DNA of 64,000 nucleotides from NCBI GenBank assembly GCA_964019335.1, contig OZ025662.1, positions 248,001 through 312,000 of the forward strand, read 5' to 3'. Under the pieces are notes generated by a model. The model made no database searches. It saw nothing but the letters and a program-made list of their open reading frames with translations, and was not told the origin of the DNA. Positions 52,066 to 62,792 of the stretch are shown one piece after another. The position numbers and the translations under genes are program-made. Each line of letters opens with the position of its first letter. Within the stretch, counting starts at the first letter, position 1. This DNA comes from Diplonema japonicum. Its lineage: Eukaryota > Protista > Euglenozoa: Diplonemea.

Positions 52066-54483
52066 ATGAGTGTGAGAACTAGGGCAAGGGAACGGGTCAA
52101 AGAGAGACAGGCGTGCGTCAGGCGAAACTATGAACGGAAGCAGACGAGGGATGCGACACGAAAACGGCAGAGCTATGAAAGATTGCTGCAGTCGAGAAAA
52201 TGGAGCGGGTTTGTGGTGCTAGCGTGGTCTACGGAAGAGTTGTTGCAAGTCAAGAAGGTGTCGTTTGGGCTGGGGTTGATTAAAAAGTTGTTGGTGCCGT
52301 ATCTTGTGAGGTGGCGTGCTGAACGACAACGCAAGTCCATCCAGAGGGAACAGGAGACACGGAACGCAATCCCGAAGCCGTGTTGCGAGTACTTCAAGAA
52401 GTTCCCTCTCTTCTCATCCCTCCCTAGTGCACACTTAACGCGGATGATTGATGAGTTGCACTGCGTGACGCTCCCCTCGAACCACCTTGTCATCCCGTTC
52501 AACACGTCGTCCAACGGCTTCTACGTCATCCACGAGGGGCGTGTTGATAGTCTCCTCCTGCGGTGTGATGCGGAGACCGTCGTCCTCACCGAAGGGGACA
52601 TCTTCGGTGAGACACAACAGCTAGTCGGAGGAAAGCATTTTATCACGTGCATAACCCGCGGGGAGTGTATACTCTGGTGGCTTCCTTCTAACAGTTACAA
52701 AGCCATCCTCAGCACCGTCCCGAAGGACATCTATGCCAAGATGTTAATCATTGCTTTAGAGCAGCAGGCTAACGCCAAAACGGGCATCGAGTCCCTCACC
52801 AGTAAAGATCTTCAGACGGCGACGCCAGACATTTTCTCCGAGGTTCCCGACGAGGTTCTGTGTGAGCTCATCACCTTAGCACGGCCTGCATCCGTCGCAC
52901 CTGGTACTGTTATCAACGAGAAAGGCACAGCTGTGAAGAAGCTTGTCGTGCTGACCAAAGGCGTCATCGAAGTCTCCGACGTGCTAGAGGGGTTTACTAG
53001 TGCACAGCAACGCGCCAAGCCGCTGTTTTTGCTAGGGATTGAGATGTTTACGCCTTGCAGGCAGTACATCAGGACCTACACAGCAGCTGTGGGCTGCACC
53101 ATGTGGAGCATCGCGTACGGTGATGTGATTGACCTACTCATGAGACCCTCACCGCAAGGGGGCCCGGAAGTGTTTATGGGTGTGCAGGAAAGGGCAACAG
53201 CCGTGCTCCACAAATTGCTGGCGAGCGTACCGAGCGGGATATCAGTGAACTGTCCTGTGCTGGGAGCGATGTTTGCAAAGGTGTCAGCAGCACTCAAACA
53301 CAGCGTGCACATCTTACCCGTGTCGCATGTGGTGCTGAAGTCGGGTGCTCTGTGCAACAGTTTCACCCTTGTCCTCTCCGGCGTGTTGACTTCGTTTGAT
53401 GTCAATAACAAACCGTGTGCAACATTCACACAGCACGACATGGTGGACTCGATGCTTGCTCTCCTGCACTTGCCTTCCAACCTCAACGTGCTAGTCATGT
53501 CTCGCTTTGCCATTGTGGCCATCTTCCCTATCAGCGCTCTGAAGGAGCGCTCGCAGCTCTCCAACATGGCCTTCAACGCGGCCCTCAAGCAGTACGAAAC
53601 CCTGCACGGCAGCGCGGCAGCGACGGAAGTGCTGCAGCGCTTCAAACGAAAACAAGTCCAAAGCCTGGCCAAGCTCCCGTCATTCCGAAAAGTAAATAAC
53701 TCGTTTAGGCCACCACGCAAGCTGAAGGAAATGGTGAAGAGCAGAGTGACGCGGGAGCAGACTCAGAAAAGTGGGGGGACTGACAACAGCGCTTCAATAC
53801 TGTCGAAGGACCTTGCGCTTGTGAGGGTCATGCTTGGGACCGAAGGGAAAAAGGCCGTAAGGTACGTCCATACCTTAGAACCAGAGAAGCCATACTTTAC
53901 CCCACCCGTGAAAAGCGTGGCGGAGAGGACCCCAAGTACACAAATAAGCCTCGCGGATGAGGTGCTACCCCCACCTGTGGGAAGCCTTGTAGGACATGCT
54001 CTACAACAGATGCTAGGGGAAGGCGCCGTCAGCTTTGATGACGATGAACTTCCGTCCCTTATGCCACACCCACCGCCGCTGGAACAGCAGCCAATGTTGG
54101 AGACAAGAACACCGGTGGAAACAGAACAGCATCTACCGATGTTGAGTGCAGTGATGGAGAGGCAGGAACTGGAATACAGTCTAAAGTCCCGTGCACCCCC
54201 ACCCGTGAGGCTGAAAAAGCCCCCCCGTCGTGCCCGTCCTAACCCCAACGGGAAATTGTGGGATCTCATGACCTGCTCTCAAGAAGATGATGAAAGGCCC
54301 CCCTCCTCCACACTCAGCATTTTAGAGCAGACCCCTGTCCCCCCTGTATCAGCAGATTGTTTCACCCCAGACAACGACCCCCTCACAGGGCCCACTACAG
54401 TAGTCCCTCCTCACTTACATAAACGGAAGTATCACAGTGACATTTTGGGTTTATACCGAAAAGGTTATCCGTGGGTCTCTTGA
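52066..54483 (+). CDS. Cyclic-nucleotide-binding domain protein (2-3 cNMP-like domains)
   Basis: FKKFPLFSSL..FYVIHEGRV..LTEGDIFGE; second degenerate repeat DIFSEV..LVVLTKGVIEV. Confidence 0.75.
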   Translation: MSVRTRARERVKERQACVRRNYERKQTRDATRKRQSYERLLQSRKWSGFVVLAWSTEELLQVKKVSFGLGLIKKLLVPYLVRWRAERQRKSIQREQETRNAIPKPCCEYFKKFPLFSSLPSAHLTRMIDELHCVTLPSNHLVIPFNTSSNGFYVIHEGRVDSLLLRCDAETVVLTEGDIFGETQQLVGGKHFITCITRGECILWWLPSNSYKAILSTVPKDIYAKMLIIALEQQANAKTGIESLTSKDLQTATPDIFSEVPDEVLCELITLARPASVAPGTVINEKGTAVKKLVVLTKGVIEVSDVLEGFTSAQQRAKPLFLLGIEMFTPCRQYIRTYTAAVGCTMWSIAYGDVIDLLMRPSPQGGPEVFMGVQERATAVLHKLLASVPSGISVNCPVLGAMFAKVSAALKHSVHILPVSHVVLKSGALCNSFTLVLSGVLTSFDVNNKPCATFTQHDMVDSMLALLHLPSNLNVLVMSRFAIVAIFPISALKERSQLSNMAFNAALKQYETLHGSAAATEVLQRFKRKQVQSLAKLPSFRKVNNSFRPPRKLKEMVKSRVTREQTQKSGGTDNSASILSKDLALVRVMLGTEGKKAVRYVHTLEPEKPYFTPPVKSVAERTPSTQISLADEVLPPPVGSLVGHALQQMLGEGAVSFDDDELPSLMPHPPPLEQQPMLETRTPVETEQHLPMLSAVMERQELEYSLKSRAPPPVRLKKPPRRARPNPNGKLWDLMTCSQEDDERPPSSTLSILEQTPVPPVSADCFTPDNDPLTGPTTVVPPHLHKRKYHSDILGLYRKGYPWVS

Positions 54484-54561
54484 GTTACACATTTCTTTTT
54501 TAATAGTTGTACTTGTTGTTGTTGATGTTGTCATGCTTCTTTGTGAGGATTCTTCAGGATC

Positions 54562-55158
54562 ATGGGTGAGAAGAGGGTTCAGCAGTTAGAAGAGGAAGTT
54601 ATGGCGCTGCGAGAGGCCCTAGAGATGGGGCTCAACGTGGCGAAGCAAGAACACGAGCAGAATGCGGTGAAGATAATGTTGATAAACAGAGAGAATGGTG
54701 CGTTGAAACAGCAGCTAAGTCAAACCACGGCAGATCTGAGTGGGGATGTTCTGTTGGCGTTTGAAGAAGCAAAACGGTTAGGGGGTGTGAACCTGGAGCT
54801 CATGAAGCTGCTGGATGAGAGAGAGAATGAGGTGGGAGAGCTGAGGGGAAAACTGGTGACAATGGATGAGCAGTATAAGCAAGCTCTTGAAAAGATCGCC
54901 GTTTTGCAAACGGAGAAGACAGCTGCCGAGATTGAGCTCATAGAGCAACGGACTCTAGTGGCAAACCTGCGGACAACGGTGACCCAGCAAAACGCAATGA
55001 ACTGGGTCACCGAAGAACAAACTGAGAACCTCATCAGCGCGTTGCGCCACACGGATCCTTCCTTCGACACCACCAAGGTTCAAAAACTGCCTTCGTTGCC
55101 AGCACGGCGGAACCGGCTGCAAAACGACCTTACCACATCAACAGTTAGAAGTAAGTAG
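54562..55158 (+). CDS. Coiled-coil hypothetical protein
   Basis: 198-aa heptad-rich ORF. Confidence 0.65.
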   Translation: MGEKRVQQLEEEVMALREALEMGLNVAKQEHEQNAVKIMLINRENGALKQQLSQTTADLSGDVLLAFEEAKRLGGVNLELMKLLDERENEVGELRGKLVTMDEQYKQALEKIAVLQTEKTAAEIELIEQRTLVANLRTTVTQQNAMNWVTEEQTENLISALRHTDPSFDTTKVQKLPSLPARRNRLQNDLTTSTVRSK

Positions 55159-55301
55159 AAGAAGGAATGCGAAGGCTGGTGCCGTTTCCACGCCACCGCC
55201 CACGACCAGTAAACAAAAGAAACACATTGATTTTTTTTTTTTTTTTTTTCAGAGCAAACAAAAAGAGGAAGGCATTATCAGGCGTGGGGGGAGGGGAGGA
55301 A

Positions 55302-56199
55302 ATGAGCTGGCAACAACGATTCACGCGGTCATTTAGTAGGATCAACACAAATGCACAAAACGGCTTCATACGGAATATGGCGGCTACGAGGGGGTTCCTT
55401 GCGAACCCAGGGCTGCTGAGGAAGGCAGTGGTCGACTGGGTATGTTCCCCTTTCAAAAATTAAAGCAACAAACCACCACCTCCCTCAGAGAACAGCGAAG
55501 AAGGAGTACAAACGCGTGCAATGGGAGGACCGAAGGAAGAAGATGAAGGAGCAAGCGCTGGACCCTGGGAAGGTGCAGTCCTGGGAGGAGATGTGGGCAC
55601 AATTTACAGAAGGGACCGAGGTGGTGTTCAGACCGGTTACGAATAGACTGCGGAGAAAGAGAGCGTGGGTGATCGACCGGTGGAGGGGGTTGAGAACAAT
55701 GCTCCCATCGCTACCAGTAAGGAAGCCTGCGGTCAAGGACAACACAGCCCAGCATGCAGGCACTACGCCACGACACTTTTCAACACCGGATACCAAAACA
55801 AATTTCCTTGTGTTGGTGAAGGACACTGGCAGGGCGTTGAACAAACAGACGACAGCCCTCGCAACGCATTTCAAAGAATTCATGCTCGATCCCAATTTTA
55901 AAAGAAGAGAGTTTGTTTACAAGTTCCGACAGTGGCAGCCCAGCACGAATGCAGGGCGTGTGATGGCGCCCGTTGGGCTGCTCATTGCGTTCTTCATCCC
56001 TTTCGCTGCGCTGGTGTGGAGCACAGTGTCCACCAGCCTCATCGGCAGAGAGAATCGCTCCGATCAGATAAAACACTCGATGAAGGAGAAGGCGAACATC
56101 AACACAAACCTCGCCATCCCCGACGAAAAAAAAGGTTTCAAACAAAGGAACGAAGACGACGCGCTGCTGGAACTGTACACAGTACGGCGGTGGACGTAG
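55302..56199 (+). CDS. Hypothetical single-TM protein, possibly mitochondrial; intron 55440-55488
   Basis: Phase-0 GTATGT..CTCAG intron joins MSWQQRFTRSF.. to ORF 55516 in frame. Confidence 0.65.
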
Positions 56200-56326
56200 A
56201 TCCCCCCCCTCCCTCCCTTCGCTTTCTTACCCTTTTCTTTTTTTTTTTTTTTTTTTTTTTTTTTCTTTGTGAGGAAGTGTCTGAAGACAATCTCCGTCCC
56301 CATTTAGTATTTTTTTCTTTCCAGCA

Positions 56327-57007
56327 ATGCGCTCTGAAGCGTTCGAGAAAGCCCTGCGAAACAGAGGGAAACATCGCAGAGCCAAAGAGGCGGAAGACCT
56401 TCTCTTCCAAGAATCTATTGCAAACGACCAAATCATAGAATGCACCACGGAGATCGTTGCAAAAACCGTCATAATGCTGCTAACACTGTGGTACCTCTTC
56501 ATGGTGGCACTCTACGACGACCTCCCTTCGAGACGCGAGATGCTACACGTTTCAAGAGGCGATGCTGAGGTACTTCAATGTGAAGGTAGCCCATGCACGG
56601 GGCTGTGCTCAGTTGAGGACAGGGCCAGCGGTGGTCTTGATGTCGTTCCTTCTGCTGTTCTGCTAAACAACGGAGACATGCTTATCGAAGCAGTGTCGAA
56701 GGTGGGGTTAACTGGAGCATTGCGCCTGACTGTTGAGATGCAATCGGGCAACATCCAATCTGCCCTCCCTTCCGATCCCTTTGACCTTCACGGCCCTGCT
56801 TGTCATTTAACCGCCGCTAGCACATCTCGATGGAACGTGGCTGTCTCTGCGTGTGATGTGCGGCATTCGTTAGTCGTCTCCAAAGAGGAGTTACTCCGAG
56901 AGGGGCATTTCTTCCGGTTTTCCGCTGAGGTCTTTGAGTGGTCTATAGAATCCCCTTCTGCCCCTCCTTCACAGGCAGCGGTGGTGGTTTACGATGTACC
57001 TTGTTGA
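56327..57007 (+). CDS. Hypothetical single-TM protein
   Basis: ATG ORF with one hydrophobic helix (TVIMLLTLWYLFMVAL). Confidence 0.6.
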   Translation: MRSEAFEKALRNRGKHRRAKEAEDLLFQESIANDQIIECTTEIVAKTVIMLLTLWYLFMVALYDDLPSRREMLHVSRGDAEVLQCEGSPCTGLCSVEDRASGGLDVVPSAVLLNNGDMLIEAVSKVGLTGALRLTVEMQSGNIQSALPSDPFDLHGPACHLTAASTSRWNVAVSACDVRHSLVVSKEELLREGHFFRFSAEVFEWSIESPSAPPSQAAVVVYDVPC

Positions 57008-57106
57008 GAATTTTCTCTTTTATTTCTCTTTCTTGTTTAAAAAAAGGGGCCAAAACAAAACAAAAAAAAAAAAAAAAAAAAGAAACTATAAACAGAGTCA
57101 ACACAC

Positions 57107-57139
<33 letters not shown>

Positions 57140-57154
57140 CGAGAGAAGAACAAA

Positions 57155-58880
57155 ATGTCGACAGATTTCCACGATGTGAACTTCAACGCTCAGGGGTATC
57201 TTAAAAAGACGCTTCAAAAGAGCAGTTTTGAAGGCGAACGGTCCAGGCTCAAGGAGGCCACCACCACTATCGACAGGAGGCTGCACAAGGAGATCACGGA
57301 GAACTTCCCCAAACTGAAGGAACAAACACAAGTGGTACAGGAGCTGGACAAAAAAGTAGAGGCGATCCAGACTTCGACCGTACAGCTGCAGCAGTCCGTG
57401 CAGAGGGTGGAGTTTCTTCTAAAAGAGCCTTACAAGAGGGTGGAAAATAAAGTACGGGAGTTGAAGAATATATGGGACACAACAAATATGTTGAGGAAGA
57501 TAAGCAGCTTCCTGACGTTGGTGGCGAAGGTGAGGGAACACCAGTCAAGTCAAAGGGGTACCGCATCGTCGCTGGAACTGCCTAAGGAGGCGAAAACGCT
57601 GCGTGACATAGAGCTTCTTCTCAGCGACAACGACCAAGGGTTGAGCCTGAAGGGCATCGCGGTTGTTGATAGAGAAGCAGAGTGGCTGAGAAAATCAGCT
57701 GAAACAGTGCGCCACAGATCTTCAGAGCTGCTCAAGCATGGTTTAAGCACCACCAGCCAGGCAGAAATCCGTACCGCAATTCAAGCCTTCTACAACATGG
57801 GGCAGATGTCAAAGGTCGTGCAAAAGGTCATCGCAGACCACTCCCAAGAACTCCGAAAGGTGATAACCAAAGAGCTCGACCCCCAGAACATACAAATAGC
57901 ACTCTCGGAAAGCAGCTCCGAAGAACCTAAAGAACAAAAACTACGAACGATTCTGTTCCAAAAACTGGAAGTGACCTTCCAAGCCATGTTGGTATGCCCT
58001 CCCTTTCTTCTATGACAAACGAACACACAGCAACATCTCACGAAACTGTCGCAACTTGTGAAGGTGATGCAGAAAACCCGTGACCCCGTCACTCAAGTCG
58101 TGTTTATCACAGCGGTTCAAAAGGAAGGCAGTTCCATCTTCGTCGATGAGATCTGGAAGCCTGTTACGACCATGGAGGACAGGATGACGAGGATCCTGAA
58201 GAGGTTCGGAGGAATCGTTTCAGAGTACCCACGCATCTTAACAGAGTTCAATAAGTTCGTGCAGGTGTGGGTGCAATTTTTTTTTTTTTTTTTTTTTTTT
58301 TTGTTTGGATGAAAAAATAAACTCCACAGAGTGCTGGTGAGCATTTCCCTTCAAACCTCACCGTCCAGCAGGCTGCTTCAGCGAACCCTCTCTCCACCAA
58401 GGATTTCCCTTCCGAACCCTTGAGGTGGAAGGAGCGTTGCCTCGAAGTATGATGGGAAACAACAAGAAAAAAGAGAGAAAAAAAAAAAATAGGAATTGCA
58501 AACACGATACCTCAAAGAGTCCATTGCGAAGCTCAAGGAGCAGGCTGCGACCGTGGTGGGTAAGATCAACAATTGCAAGCCCAAGGACGCGACCGTTGGT
58601 GGATCCCCCATCGCCTCTGGTGGGTTGAGGAAGGACTCGATACAGATCCAGTCCGCCCAGATCGACGTGCGCCCATTCGTTGCCGCGGTCGGCACGGAGC
58701 TTGCTGCGGCACAGAGCGATACCAAACTGCAGCAACTAATATGCGAAAGCGTATGCCCCTGTAATTTTTGTGACAATTTTCCTTCAGATCGAACTAGCTG
58801 TGCAAGACATTCTGAAGCACGCCAAAAAGGAGAAAATCACAGGGAGGAGCGCTGTTGTGGTATGCACTCCACCCAACTCC

Positions 58881-58923
<43 letters not shown>

Positions 58924-59859
58924 AACAGGCAAGCTCCGTTGCTACACACAACCAGCTTTTCAACTCAGTTCTGGTGGGGACACTGTTGAGGCTGCACAAA
59001 GATTTGACCACGGTATTTTTTTTCTTTCTTTCTATTCTTTTCTTTAATATCAATACAGGCCATGAACCGTATTCCTTGCACGGGGGAGGAGGACATCACA
59101 CACCAAGGCAAACTGCTGCAGACGCTAGCAGGGTGCGAAGCGGAAGCACGGTCCATCCTGTCGAGCTTGTTCAGTTCAATTAAGATCTTTTTGGAGGCAC
59201 CGATGGGAGAACTGCTGACCGCAGATCGAGGGGAAAAGAGCAGTAAATGCTTGGCCGTGCTTGACGATAGGTGGGCACACCTCGAGGCCAACCTACTATG
59301 CTTGTACTCCGGGATAGGCTGTGATACATATGACGTGATGCTAAGGGAGCTCACGGCTGGGTTGATAAAAATGTTTTTGGTGTTGGTGTCGTTGGTCCGT
59401 CCGTTGTCCAAGGACGTCGTTGTGGGCATTGCAGGGGATGTGACGCAGTTTCAGCTGTTCTCTGCAAACATCTGTCCTTCGGAAAGGATTGGAAAGCCCT
59501 ACAAGGAGCTACGAGCTTTCCGCACGCTTCTCTCTCTCTCCACTGAGCAACTCCACAAAGCTCTGACAACCGCTGGCAGGCCCGACTCCGTGTCCCTTGA
59601 ACTCGCAGCTCTTTCTTCCATCACACTTCTCCACGCACTTTCCCAACGTCTCCCTTCCACACCCCCTGTTTATGATCTTCTCAAGCTCACCTCACACCAA
59701 TACGCTAGAGAAATCACGACCAATGAGGCAGCCTTGCAAGAAGTGCAACAGCATGCCTGGGCGATGTACAAGGAGTGGGGTGAAAACCTTGCGACGGACC
59801 CGGAAGCGACGATGCTGTGGGAGTGCATTCAAGCGTGGCACAAGAGGAGAATGGGGTGA
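57155..59859 (+). CDS. COG5: Conserved oligomeric Golgi complex subunit 5, ~800 aa; introns 57992-58030, 58265-58329, 58447-58492, 58751-58787, 58860-58928, 59013-59058
   Basis: Six phase-0 introns give one open frame. FHDVNFNAQGY, LKEPY, AIQAFYNMG, KTRDPVT, EYPRI, IAGDVTQFQ..IGKPYKELRAFRTLL. Confidence 0.85.
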
Positions 59860-60051
59860 GAGAACCTTTTCTTCTTTTTCAAAAGAAAATAAGAAAAAAA
59901 AAAAGAAAGAGAGAGAAGCCAGTGTTTTCTTCTTAAACGACCGGGAGAACGGGGAGGGGAGTATTCTTCTTTTTTTTTTTTTTTTCTCTTTTCCTTTTTT
60001 TTTCTTTCTCAAAAAAAAAAAAAAAAAAAAAAAAAACAAAACAAAACAGCG

Positions 60052-61058
60052 ATGGGCGAATGGCTATCGCCGGAGGAGGCGGCGGCGATCCTTGGCGGGG
60101 GGTTCCAAGGCAGCAATGAGATGGACGGGGGAGAAGCGATGATTGAGGACAACGACGGTGACGTGACAACACTGGTGAGGGAAGCAGGGAGGGTGGTGGT
60201 ATTTGTCTTGTACAAATCCGGTAAAAAAGAACGGGTGGGGGTGGCCGAGGGCCTGCACGTGAACGTCGACACCAAGGCGGTGAAAATCCGTTTTTTAAGA
60301 GACGGCGCGACAGAACGGAACTGGTGCATGCCTCTACCGAAAGACATGTCGAAGGAGGCTGGGGGCGAGTTGTTGAAAGCGATTTTCAGCGTATCCCGGT
60401 GCACGCAACTGGACCTTAAAGTATCCACGGAAAACGGGTTACGATCGACGCAAGAACCTGTCAGAGAAATGGCCAGCCAGTACGCCATGCTAATGGGCAG
60501 CTCTGCCCTGCCTTGCGAAAAGGATTTGGAAATCATGAAGGAAGGCGAAGCGATACTGGAAGACCTTGAGAAGACTGCTGTTGTCATGCGTGATATCAAA
60601 ACACAGAGTTTCCACCTGAAAGATGACGTTGTGCCCACACTCCTCGTTGCGTCAAAACAGCTGGAAGTGATATTTTCGTCGATTGACATTCTTGAGTTGT
60701 GGGTAAACGAGATGTCAGGGCATCTGAGCCAGCTTGAGAACACTCTGAACACACACACCACGCAGACGTCGTTGATGTCAAAGGCGAAAAATTTTTTCTC
60801 GATCGGGAAGAAGCAGACTAAAGCAGTTCCCGATATACTGACAATAGGCGGGCTCCCACCAGCGCAATATGAGGTTTGGAAAACGATGGGGGGGAAACAA
60901 AAAAAAAAAAAAAAAAAAATCAGGAAAACATGCACAATACCGTCTCCAAATTTCTTGCCATGAACGAGGCCCCGAGACGACCCGAACCTTCTGCTTCGCT
61001 TCCTGGCGACTCCCTCCCCCAGCTTCCCGGCGCAGCTGAGGGGGAGGAATCCGAGTGA
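60052..61058 (+). CDS. BLOC-1 subunit 4 (cappuccino)-like protein; intron 60874-60923
   Basis: VVPTL..LEVIFSSIDILELWVNEMSGHLSQLE helix matches the BLOC1S4 pattern; removing the A-tract intron avoids a poly-K read-through. Confidence 0.5.
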
Positions 61059-61371
61059 TGTTAAAGGGGTTTTTTTTTTTTTTTTTTTATATTATTATTC
61101 GTTTTGATGCCTTTGGTGGTTAAGAAGTCTGATTTTTCTTTCCCCCCTCACACAAAAAAAAAAATTCCCCCTTTACCTCCCCCAACTCTGTTCTTTCACG
61201 AAAAAAAAAAACAAAAAAAAAAACCGCCGAGTGACATGTGAAAGTGTGCCCTTTCCCCCCCCCCTTCTTTTTTTCCCCCTCCCCGCTTCGTTTTTTCGTT
61301 TTAATCCCTTCAAAAAATCAAAAAAAAAAAAAGAAAAAAAAACCGGAAAGAAAAAAGAAAAAAAAGAAACC

Positions 61372-62343
61372 ATGAAGATTCTCACCAAAGAAGAATACAA
61401 CACCAAAATAGAAGAGGTGAGGGCCGACCTTGGAACGACAATGGTGGCGATGTACAATTCCTTGGTAGACGGGGTGGTCACGGATACAAGCTTGATGGCG
61501 GTGCCTGTGGACGATCACTTGGTGTGCAGAGGGCATGGTGTGTTCGACACCTGTACCTTGAAGGACGGGAAATTGTACAGGCTGGAAAAACATCTTGAAA
61601 GGCTGCTGAAAAGTGCCGGAGACGCACGGGTCGGGCTCCCCTTCGAAGGCGGCCGGAACGAAAACCTTGAGAAAATGAAGAACGTGGTGATCGAAACCGC
61701 GACCATCAGCAAGGTCAAGACGGGGTCTGTCAGATATTTCATGTCTGTAGGCCCGGGGAACTTCGGCTTCACACCGGAAGGGTGCCGCCCTACATTTTAC
61801 GTAATTGTGTCCAACACTGATGTGGTTGCAAACGGAACACCAGGTCACAACGAAGCTGTTGTAACCGATGTTGCACCGAAGGATATGCCCACCATCAAGT
61901 CAAACAATTACATGCAAAACACATTGGTTGCAATGTCCGCTCGGGACAAAGGAGGAAAGTTCGGGTTGCAGCTTGCACAGGACGGCGTGCACATATCAGA
62001 GTCCTGCATGTTGGGAGTGCTGGTATTGTCAAAAGATGGCCGGCTCCTCACCCCCCCGCTCCACACTGTTCTAGCGTCCCTCACCGTTCAGAAAATCCTA
62101 TCGTTTGAAAGCCAGCTGGTCCAAGAATGGGCCATCACCTCCGCTTCTGTTGAACCGATCCCCCTCGAGACCTGCCGTAAGGCGAAAGAGTTGATATTGG
62201 TCGGTGGAGATACACACATCTTCCCCATCACCTCTTTAGACGGGGAGCCCATCGGGACAGGGTCACCAGGCACGGTTTACCACCACATTGTGGAGCTCAT
62301 TAGGAAAGACTTTGAAACTGGTTCTGAGACGCATAATGTTTAG
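61372..62343 (+). CDS. PLP-dependent class IV aminotransferase (plant-type D-amino-acid transaminase/ADC lyase-like)
   Basis: AMYNSLVDGVVTD..M.VPVDDHLVCRGHGVFDT, HLERL, IKSNNY catalytic Lys, IGTGSPG. Confidence 0.85.
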   Translation: MKILTKEEYNTKIEEVRADLGTTMVAMYNSLVDGVVTDTSLMAVPVDDHLVCRGHGVFDTCTLKDGKLYRLEKHLERLLKSAGDARVGLPFEGGRNENLEKMKNVVIETATISKVKTGSVRYFMSVGPGNFGFTPEGCRPTFYVIVSNTDVVANGTPGHNEAVVTDVAPKDMPTIKSNNYMQNTLVAMSARDKGGKFGLQLAQDGVHISESCMLGVLVLSKDGRLLTPPLHTVLASLTVQKILSFESQLVQEWAITSASVEPIPLETCRKAKELILVGGDTHIFPITSLDGEPIGTGSPGTVYHHIVELIRKDFETGSETHNV

Positions 62344-62792
62344 GAGTCGTCGTGGGAGCACCGAGGATGATAAAAGTCATAAGAACCACCCCCCTCCACA
62401 TCTCCCTGCGGTTTCAGAGGGATTTCAACAAAGAAAAGCCCGATTAATTTGGTTCTTTTCTTTTTTTTTTTTTTTTTCGTTCCCGTTTCTCCTCCTTTCA
62501 ACCGAGTAGAATTCTGAAACCCCTCCAAACGTTTTCTTTCACTTTTTTTAACCTTCCCCTCCGATCCCCCCCCCCCCCCCCCCGATGCATGCTAAGCGAA
62601 ACGAAGCAAGTGAGATGACCGCTTCTTTTTCGTTTCCCGCTTCTGTTCCATTTACTTTTAAAGAAGGACAAAAAAAAATAGGCAAGAAAAAAGCTTGTAC
62701 CTGTCCCAAATTAACTTCTTCCCCCCTTCTCCCCCTCTGCATTGCCATCGTTATCAATTCAATTGCATCACAGGAGGGTCAGTTCCAGGAAG

